From an uncultured Bacilli bacterium (GTDB taxonomy: Bacteria > Bacillota_I > Bacilli_A > RF39 > UBA660), in NCBI GenBank assembly GCA_947585665.1, contig CANPXE010000008.1, forward strand, positions 11,294 through 75,293: DNA of 64,000 nucleotides, written 5' to 3'. Shown here in pieces: positions 56,998-64,000 of this stretch (its first letter is position 1; each line of letters opens with the position of its first letter). The notes beneath the pieces were generated by a model. That model made no database searches and was not told the origin of the DNA. It saw nothing but the letters and a program-made list of their open reading frames with translations. The translations under genes and the position numbers were made by a program.

Positions 56998-57717
56998 ATG
57001 AGAATAACTGTTAAAGATACCGAAGTGAATTACATACAATATGGTAAGGGAAAAGATATCATTTTACTTCATGGTTGGGGACAAAATATTGAAATGATGA
57101 AACCTTTAGGTGATAAGTTAGAGGACAAATATCGCATAACTATCATTGATTTCCCGGGTTTCGGTGATAGTCCAGAGCCAAAAGAAGTCTTTAAAGTAGA
57201 AGATTATTGTGAAGTTGTAGAAGAACTTGTCAAAGCTTTAAAGATAAAAAAACCAACTTTGGTTGGTCATTCTTTTGGTGGACGCGTCAGTATAATGTTT
57301 GCTTCGCATAATGAAGTCGATAAATTGATTCTTTTTGGTAGTCCTTGCTTTCATAAAGAGGAAAAGTCTTTAAAATTACAAGCTCTTAGAACTTTGAAAA
57401 AAGTTCCTGGAATTAATAAACTAGAGGGCTTTGCGAAAAAACATATTGGAAGTCGTGATTATAAAAATGCGAGTGAAATGATGCGTAAAATATTAGTTGA
57501 AGTAATCAATGAAGACTTAGAGGAATATGCAAAAAGAATAAAATGTCCAACCCTTCTCATGTGGGGTGATAATGATTTAGAAGTTTCCGTTGAAGATGCC
57601 CGTAAGATGGAAAAGATTATTGATGATGCGGCTTTGATTGTTTTTCCTAATTCTAGTCATTATGCTTATTTAGAAAATTTAAATCAAGTTGTTAAGATAA
57701 TTAAAGAATTTGTTTAG
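56998..57717 (+). CDS. alpha/beta-fold hydrolase
   Basis: HGWG, the nucleophile elbow GHSFGG and a C-terminal SSHY are present. The start is ATG 56998 or 56986. Confidence 0.8.
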   Translation: MRITVKDTEVNYIQYGKGKDIILLHGWGQNIEMMKPLGDKLEDKYRITIIDFPGFGDSPEPKEVFKVEDYCEVVEELVKALKIKKPTLVGHSFGGRVSIMFASHNEVDKLILFGSPCFHKEEKSLKLQALRTLKKVPGINKLEGFAKKHIGSRDYKNASEMMRKILVEVINEDLEEYAKRIKCPTLLMWGDNDLEVSVEDARKMEKIIDDAALIVFPNSSHYAYLENLNQVVKIIKEFV

Positions 57718-57734
57718 ATAAAATGGAGGTAATT

Positions 57735-59372
57735 ATGGAAGAGTTATTAATGAATGTATCACTATTTGGAGCTTATGTTGTCATGGCTTGTATCTTTGTT
57801 TATTCTCTTTATAAATCAAAGAGAAGTTTACAAATGGCCCAACAAAACCTTTATAATGAGAATAATCGTTATTTGAAATGGGTTAAGAAGAATCGTAAAG
57901 AAATATTTACTAATATTGATATTTATGGAATGTTGTTGACTTTTGGTCTTGCTTGGTCATTTACGACATATGTTTCTTTTTACTTTATTATCTTGATTTT
58001 AGCCTTATATGTTGTTGCGACAATCTTTTATAAGAAAGCTCGTCAAAAAGATCAAAATAAAAAACCATTAGTTTTTACAGGACGTATTAAAAGATTATTT
58101 ACAACTGATTTTATCTTATATCTATTAGTATGTTTATGGGGAATCTTTGTTAAAGCACATTTATGTGATGCTATTTTCATTTTATCAATTATGGCGGTAT
58201 TAAATTACTATGTTGTTTATGTTGCTTTGTTAATAAATAAACCAATCGAAAAATTAATTTATCGTCATTATGAGAAAAACGCAAAAAAAAAATTAAAAAA
58301 TCTCGCTAATCTCAAAGTCATTGGTATAACAGGAAGCTATGGAAAGACTAGCTGTAAGAATGTTTTAGCTGATGTTTTAAGTTCTAAATACAATACCTTA
58401 GCTACTCCTAAAAGTCTAAATACTTTTAATGGTTTAATGATTACTGTCAATAATGATTTAACTAAATTTGATGATTGTTTTATTGCTGAAATGGGGGCTT
58501 ATGTTAAAGGAGAAATAAATGGTTTATGCGATTTAGTTAATCCTAAATATGGAATTATCACGAGTATTGGAACAGCACATTTGGAAACATTTGGAAGTGA
58601 AGAAAATATCATTGAAGGTAAAATGGAATTGATTGAACACTTACCAAAAGATGGTGTGGGAATATTAAATCGTGATGATGTAAAGCAAAAAAATTATAAA
58701 ATAAAGAAGAAAGATCATTGTAAAATTCTTTGGATTGGAATTGATACTAAAGACGAAGTTGATGTTCTAGCATCCAAAATAAAATGTAGTAATGAAGGAA
58801 CAAGTTTTGAATGTCATTTTAAAGGTGATAAGAAAAAATATTCCTTTACGACTAAACTTCTTGGTAAACACAATGTTTATAACATCATTTCAGCTTTAGC
58901 ACTTGGTAAAGAATTTGGTATTGAAATTGAAAAGATGCAACAAGCGGTAAAGAAGATTAAACCTGTTGAGCATCGTCTCGAAATAAAGAACTTTAATACT
59001 TTTTATCAATTAGATGATGCATATAACTCTAATCCAGTGGGTGCCAAATCAGCACTAGACGTTCTTGATATGATGGATGGTATGAAAGTAGTTGTTACGC
59101 CAGGAATGGTTGAATTAGGTGAAAAAGAAGAATATTACAACAAAGAATTTGGTAAACAAATAGCTAAGGTTGCTGATAAAGTTATTCTTGTTGGTAAAAA
59201 GAAAACAAAACCAATTTTAGAAGGCTTGAAAGAGGAAAAATATAGTGAAAAGAACATTGAAATAATTAATGATGTTCGTGAAGCATATCAATTATTAAAT
59301 AAGATTAATTCAAAGAAAAAAGTTTATGCACTTTTTGAAAATGATTTACCTGATACATATAATGAAAAGTAG
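57735..59372 (+). CDS. murF: MurF-type Mur ligase (UDP-MurNAc-tripeptide:D-Ala-D-Ala ligase core) with polytopic membrane N-terminal domain
   Basis: The core motifs are IGITGSYGKTSCK, AEMGAYVKGEI, SIGTAHLETFGS, HRLE and DDAYNSNP. The first ~190 aa hold 4-5 hydrophobic helices instead of the usual soluble N-domain. The ATG at 57735 lies 6 nt after GGAGG. Confidence 0.75.
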   Translation: MEELLMNVSLFGAYVVMACIFVYSLYKSKRSLQMAQQNLYNENNRYLKWVKKNRKEIFTNIDIYGMLLTFGLAWSFTTYVSFYFIILILALYVVATIFYKKARQKDQNKKPLVFTGRIKRLFTTDFILYLLVCLWGIFVKAHLCDAIFILSIMAVLNYYVVYVALLINKPIEKLIYRHYEKNAKKKLKNLANLKVIGITGSYGKTSCKNVLADVLSSKYNTLATPKSLNTFNGLMITVNNDLTKFDDCFIAEMGAYVKGEINGLCDLVNPKYGIITSIGTAHLETFGSEENIIEGKMELIEHLPKDGVGILNRDDVKQKNYKIKKKDHCKILWIGIDTKDEVDVLASKIKCSNEGTSFECHFKGDKKKYSFTTKLLGKHNVYNIISALALGKEFGIEIEKMQQAVKKIKPVEHRLEIKNFNTFYQLDDAYNSNPVGAKSALDVLDMMDGMKVVVTPGMVELGEKEEYYNKEFGKQIAKVADKVILVGKKKTKPILEGLKEEKYSEKNIEIINDVREAYQLLNKINSKKKVYALFENDLPDTYNEK

Positions 59373-60816
59373 GAGATGACTAACTATAATAAGTCAAGTC
59401 ATTTTTTCTCAAAAATCTTTGTAAGATTTTTGTTCCACGCAAAAAGATTTTAAAAATATTGATTTTTAAAATTTTATGTCGCGGTATATATAATATAAAT
59501 TAAACACCAATTAATTTATATTTGATTTAAAAGTAATATTTTCAGATTCTAATTTATAAATAATTCTGACAAGTTTTTTAGCAATATGCGTTAAAGCAAC
59601 TCTGTGAGTTTTACCTTCGGAACGTTTTTTATAATAGAATTCTGTGAATATAGGTTCATGCATAAAAACATAGTCTGCGGCATTCATAAGAAAATATCTT
59701 AAATGACTAGATCCATGTTTAACCATGTGACCAGTGTGAGATTCAGTTCCGGACTCTGATATACTAGGCTCAATACCAGCAAAAGCAACACAAGCATCAG
59801 CTGATTTAAATCTAGATAAATCACCAAATTCGGAAATGATTCCAGCACAAGAAATAATACCAATTCCTTTAATGGATAGAGTTGGTGGATTAAGTTCTTT
59901 GATAATAGACTCAATTTTATCTTCAAGTTTATTAATTTCAACTTCAATTTGAGAATGAAGAACAAGTAAAGATTCTAATTCAGTTTCAAAAATATCATTT
60001 GAAATACCGATAGAATTTTTAGCAAGTTCTTTAAGTTTAATAAAATTAGCAGAAGTGAATTTACCATGAGAAACTTTTTTAATTGAATCAAAATCTTTCA
60101 TATTTTTGATTTTATCTGGAGTTTTATATTTATTTAAAATATATAAAGCGGTTTTAGAAAAATCATTATTAAAGAAAGGTTTAAATTCAGGGAAAATAAT
60201 ATCTAAGGTATTAGTAATTTGAACTTCATAATAAGAACGTTGTTTAACTAACTTTTCTCTCATTCTAGATAGAGACTTTAATGAATATTTATGGTAAAAT
60301 TGTTTCGGATGGGGTTTGTAATCTACAGATATAAGATACTTAGTGATTAACATGGCATCTTTCTTATCTGTTTTAGTTCTTCTAAGAGTTTGAGTTGAAA
60401 TAAATCTTTTAACAAGAGCAGGATTAAATTCCATAAAAGAATAATTGTTCTTTTCAAGGAAAAGCTTAAGGTTCATCCCATAATGACCAGTAGCTTCAAA
60501 TCCTATCCTTATTTCTTGACTATTATCTAAAGATTTTAATAAATTAAGTAATTGAATAAATCCTTCATTGGTGTTTGTGAAAGATAAATTTTCTTCAATT
60601 ACTTCACCTGTTTCAGAACAAATGAAACAGTCATGTTTGTATTTTGAAATATCAATACCAACAAAATACATAAAAAAAACACCTCCAATTAGTTTTTAAT
60701 GCACTGCATGTTTTACACAAGACTTCTATTTATGTATTCACGTAGGATATAAAACGTCAAAGCGTTAACTAACTAATTACCAATAAAAATAAAAGCCTGT
60801 GGTAGTTGTCATCTCC
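59372..60816 (-). mobile_element. IS110-family insertion sequence (about 1.45 kb)
   Basis: The element has a single DEDD-type transposase ORF flanked by non-coding ends of about 140 nt each. The boundaries are proposed from the imperfect inverted repeat GGAGATGAC(T)AACTA at 59372..59386 and 60803..60816. The exact ends are uncertain. Confidence 0.7.
59511..60671 (-). CDS. IS110-family transposase/recombinase
   Basis: MYFVGIDISKYKHD is the start of the DEDD RuvC-like domain. The C-terminal Transposase_20-like region includes SIKGIGIISCAGIISEFGD. The SD is GGAGGTG. Confidence 0.9.
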   Translation of the reverse strand: MYFVGIDISKYKHDCFICSETGEVIEENLSFTNTNEGFIQLLNLLKSLDNSQEIRIGFEATGHYGMNLKLFLEKNNYSFMEFNPALVKRFISTQTLRRTKTDKKDAMLITKYLISVDYKPHPKQFYHKYSLKSLSRMREKLVKQRSYYEVQITNTLDIIFPEFKPFFNNDFSKTALYILNKYKTPDKIKNMKDFDSIKKVSHGKFTSANFIKLKELAKNSIGISNDIFETELESLLVLHSQIEVEINKLEDKIESIIKELNPPTLSIKGIGIISCAGIISEFGDLSRFKSADACVAFAGIEPSISESGTESHTGHMVKHGSSHLRYFLMNAADYVFMHEPIFTEFYYKKRSEGKTHRVALTHIAKKLVRIIYKLESENITFKSNIN

Positions 60817-60965
60817 AACCAGTCAAAGCCGTAATAAAATAGAAACAAATCCACAGTGCTTAAATATTATATCTCGTTTCAGATGTAATAAAAAAATATT
60901 ATAGAAAGGAGAATCTAATATAGTGATTAATAAAAAAATCACATAATTAGATTATACGTGATTAA

Positions 60966-62162
60966 ATGATAAAAGTTGGTGTTATTTTTGGTGGAGAAAG
61001 TGTTGAACATGAAGTAAGTATTATTTCAGCTGTTCAAGCTATGAATAAGATGGATAGTGAAAAATATGAAATAGTACCTATTTATGTTACTAAGAATGGT
61101 GAATGGTGTACAGGAGATTTCTTAAAAGAGATTGAAACCTATCAAGATATGCATTTATTGAAGAAGTATGCTAAAAACGTTGTGTTATATAAAAGACATG
61201 GAAGTTTTATTCTTCAGAGTAAAGGTTTCTTTAGAAGAATTGTTAAGGAAATAGATATTGCTTTTCCAATTGTTCATGGAACAAATATGGAAGATGGTGT
61301 TTTACAAGGATATTTAAAGACAATAGGTATTCCTTTTGTTGGAAGTGATGTTTGTGCTTCAGCTTTAGGACAAGACAAAATATTCCAAAAACAAATTTGG
61401 GATAGTGAAGGATTACCAATTCCTGAATATACTTGGTTCTATGATAGTGAATATGAAGAAAATCCTGAAGAAGTAATTAAGAAAGTAGAAAAAATTAAAT
61501 ATCCTGTCATCGTTAAACCAGCTACTTTAGGAAGTAGTGTTGGTATTAAGGTTGCTCATAAGAAAGATGAACTTATTGAAGCAATTGAAGATGCTATTAA
61601 TTATGACAATAAGATCTTAGTTGAAGAAGTAATCGATAATCTTGTTGAAGTAAATGTTAGTGTTGTAGGAAATCATGATAGTCAAGATACGAGTGTCATT
61701 GAACAAGTTTTGACAGGAAATGATTTACTTACTTATGAAGATAAGTATATTGGTGGAAGTAAAAAAGCTAGTGGTAGTAAAGGAATGCTTTCTGCTAGTC
61801 GTAAAATTCCTGCTGATATAGGCGATAAGTTGACTAATGAAGTTCAAGAACTTGCTGTTCGTGCTTTTAAATCGTTGAATTTAAGTGGGGATACAAGAGT
61901 TGATTTCTTAATTAATTCTAAAAAGAAAAAAGTTTATTTAAATGAAGTTAATACCATTCCTGGTTCTTTAGCATTCTACTTATGGGAACCAATTGGTAAA
62001 GATTATACGGAATTATTAGATGAACTAATTAATATTGCCATTAAAGATTATAAGAAGAGAATGAATAAGACACATTCTTTTGAAACAAATATTTTAAGTG
62101 GTTATGCTGCTCAAGGTTTAAAAGGAGCAAAAGGGGCAAAGGGTGTTAAACCTTTGAAATAA
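60966..62162 (+). CDS. ddl: D-alanine--D-alanine ligase (long form)
   Basis: The N-terminus MIKVGVIFGGESVEHEVSIISA and the ATP-grasp motifs (IVKPATLGSSVGI, EVNTIPG) are present. The protein has a G/K-rich C-terminal tail. No SD lies close to the ATG. Confidence 0.9.
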   Translation: MIKVGVIFGGESVEHEVSIISAVQAMNKMDSEKYEIVPIYVTKNGEWCTGDFLKEIETYQDMHLLKKYAKNVVLYKRHGSFILQSKGFFRRIVKEIDIAFPIVHGTNMEDGVLQGYLKTIGIPFVGSDVCASALGQDKIFQKQIWDSEGLPIPEYTWFYDSEYEENPEEVIKKVEKIKYPVIVKPATLGSSVGIKVAHKKDELIEAIEDAINYDNKILVEEVIDNLVEVNVSVVGNHDSQDTSVIEQVLTGNDLLTYEDKYIGGSKKASGSKGMLSASRKIPADIGDKLTNEVQELAVRAFKSLNLSGDTRVDFLINSKKKKVYLNEVNTIPGSLAFYLWEPIGKDYTELLDELINIAIKDYKKRMNKTHSFETNILSGYAAQGLKGAKGAKGVKPLK

Positions 62163-62197
62163 AAACAATATTATTCATTCACAGGGGGTGAAAAGTA

Positions 62198-63334
62198 TTG
62201 GACAATCATTTTGAAGAAGATTTGGATAGTTTAAGTGATGAAGCACTTAAATATATAGGTGTTACTAATCTCGACTTTCGAACCCATCTATCACAAGATG
62301 AACTTGACGAAGTTCAAAAGATGCTCTTTTCCATTAATACCTTACTTCAAATAACCTTTAAAGATGGAACGGAAGTTATAGATATTGAAAACTTAAAACA
62401 TCTATTAGAACTTTCACCAATGTGTGATGATCGTAAAGTTGAAAAAATGATTCTTCGTCATAATTCAAAAGAAGAAGTAAAAAAAATTTTAATGATGCCT
62501 TACGATAATCCTGATACATGGAAGATTGCTTATGACATTAAAGATGAAACATATCTAATAACGACAATCCCCAATTATCGTTTAATTGAAGAATATATTA
62601 GTATTGTTTTATCTTGTATAAAGAGTGATATGAGTCCTTTAGAAAAAATAAAAGAAGTATATGATTTTGTAAAATTATTAGAGTATGATAAAAAAAGTAG
62701 TAGTCGTCTTCCTGATATAGTTAGAACTCGTAAAACAAATAATTTTGGTTATAGTGTTCTTTTTACGAAGTTGTTGGAAAGACTTGATATTAAATCTTTC
62801 GTTGGCGAAGTTGAACGCGAAGGAGAAAAAGAATATTTAACTTTAATTTCTATTAAAGATGAAAAATATGATGTTGATGGTATATATGCTTTTGATCCAG
62901 CAAGTGATTCCATTCCTAAAGGACTTTATAAAAGTGATGCCATTAGGAAAATTAATTACAACTTTTTTGCATTACCTGTAAAAAAAATAGTTGATACACT
63001 TGATGATAGTAAACTAATTGGAACGATGTCATTAATTACATCTTCATCATTTGATTATTTTAATCGTCATTTAGACAGTAGTGATAAAGATACTTTAGAA
63101 AAGACATTTGATGATAATATTGAAAATATTTATCAACGTCTTCAAAAAACAAAAGTTATTCCAGATGACAAAGTTATTTCTTTATGTCTTGATACTATTC
63201 ATCAAGAAGACTTTCTTGGCTTAAGTAATAATGTCAATAATTTATTATCTAATAATTATCATTTACGAAAAAAAGAAATATTTTGTGAAGAAGAATCTAA
63301 AGAATTACAAACAGTAAATATTCATGATGTATAA
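62198..63334 (+). CDS. hypothetical protein, degenerate paralogue of the 13651..15492 transglutaminase-like protein
   Basis: The TTG start follows GGGGGTGA. The segment KTNNFGYSVLFTKLLERLDIKSF...YLTLISIKDEKYDVDGIYAFD aligns with the Cys-His-Asp core of the 613-aa protein, but the Cys and His are replaced. Confidence 0.6.
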   Translation: MDNHFEEDLDSLSDEALKYIGVTNLDFRTHLSQDELDEVQKMLFSINTLLQITFKDGTEVIDIENLKHLLELSPMCDDRKVEKMILRHNSKEEVKKILMMPYDNPDTWKIAYDIKDETYLITTIPNYRLIEEYISIVLSCIKSDMSPLEKIKEVYDFVKLLEYDKKSSSRLPDIVRTRKTNNFGYSVLFTKLLERLDIKSFVGEVEREGEKEYLTLISIKDEKYDVDGIYAFDPASDSIPKGLYKSDAIRKINYNFFALPVKKIVDTLDDSKLIGTMSLITSSSFDYFNRHLDSSDKDTLEKTFDDNIENIYQRLQKTKVIPDDKVISLCLDTIHQEDFLGLSNNVNNLLSNNYHLRKKEIFCEEESKELQTVNIHDV

Positions 63335-63450
63335 TGTAAATAAAGTGTATATTAAAGAGTTTTATGTGTAAAGTGCATGAAATCTCTTTTTTTATTTTGA
63401 AATATTTAATAATATAATATATACTTATATTAGGATAGGGGTTGATTAGT

Positions 63451-64000
63451 ATGGTATTTAGGAAACCATATGCCTTCTTGATTAAGAATTTTAAAATCAT
63501 ACATCTTATATTATTTGGTTTAATGACATGGTTCTTTCTTAAGATTCGTAATATTGTCAGTTTTTTAAATGATTATATTGATAAAAAAACTTATAGTCAA
63601 ATAACAGGTGTAGTTGATGAATATTTTGGTAGTTGGACTGTTTTATTGCCACTTTTAATTATAGGGATAATTATTGCCATTATAGCCCTTTTAAAACAAA
63701 AGAAAAAGCCTATAAAATATTATGTTTTCGCATTGATAACAATCATTATCCAAATAGTATTAATCAGTCTTACTCGTTCTGTTTTTAATGATATCCAAAT
63801 GGGAGAGGCAACTTCAGTTTTTACACAAGTAATATGCGATTTATCCTCTGTATTGTCATTGCTGATAATTCCTTTTGCTTTAATTGCACTAATACGTGCG
63901 GTTGGATTTAATGTAAAACAATTTAATTTCAAAAAAGATTTAATAGAATTAGACATAAATGAATCAGACCGTGAAGAAGTAGAATTTGAAGTCGAAGTCG
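63451..64000 (+). CDS. membrane protein, 3' end outside window (absent from the ORF track)
   Basis: The ATG at 63451 is followed by an open frame to the window edge (183 codons): MVFRKPYAFLIKNFKIIHLILFGLMTWFF..., with at least 4 hydrophobic helices. Confidence 0.6.
   Translation, partial: MVFRKPYAFLIKNFKIIHLILFGLMTWFFLKIRNIVSFLNDYIDKKTYSQITGVVDEYFGSWTVLLPLLIIGIIIAIIALLKQKKKPIKYYVFALITIIIQIVLISLTRSVFNDIQMGEATSVFTQVICDLSSVLSLLIIPFALIALIRAVGFNVKQFNFKKDLIELDINESDREEVEFEVEV

Noticed and set aside
63297-63956. Minus-strand ORFs 63297..63500 and 63720..63956.
   Set aside because: They are antisense to, or overlap, the longer plus-strand membrane-protein ORF that starts at 63451. Their translations are implausible.
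1-64000. Scan for CRISPR arrays, rRNA operons, group II introns, reverse transcriptases and large tandem repeats.
   Set aside because: I saw no regularly spaced repeats, no rRNA-like conserved stretches, and no RT or Cas motifs in any listed ORF.

Overview
A 64 kb low-GC, AT-rich Firmicute chromosomal window, probably from an endospore-former of the Erysipelotrichia or Clostridia type (pro-sigma-K, spoIVFB and a spoIVFA-like gene are present). The organism call is low confidence. Bases 1 to about 16.4 kb look accessory. They hold a giant 5'-truncated ORF, an FtsK/HerA-like ATPase coupled to a Cys-rich protein, a SipW-type signal-peptidase operon, transglutaminase-like and other orphan proteins, and a repeated hairpin element, and they end at the 3' end of a tRNA-Gly(UCC) gene. 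From about 17 kb onward the content is mostly plus-strand housekeeping genes: csoR-copA, trxA, typA, trmL, tRNA-Ala, rlmN-stp-prkC-rsgA-rpe, a thiol-redox cluster, proS, radC-mreC-mreD-spoIVFA/B, murE, sigK, yqeG-yqeH, a murF-like gene and ddl. An IS110-family element sits between the murF-like gene and ddl. I saw no rRNA, CRISPR array or prophage. The most interesting candidates are (i) the SipW-type peptidase fused to a polytopic membrane domain, with its cognate small secreted protein and a DUF5305-like partner, (ii) the translationally coupled ATPase and Cys-rich pair, (iii) a MurF-type ligase whose N-terminal domain is replaced by a membrane domain, and (iv) a lipoprotein gene flanked by 79-bp direct repeats. 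All family assignments rest on motif recognition by eye, and no searches were run.
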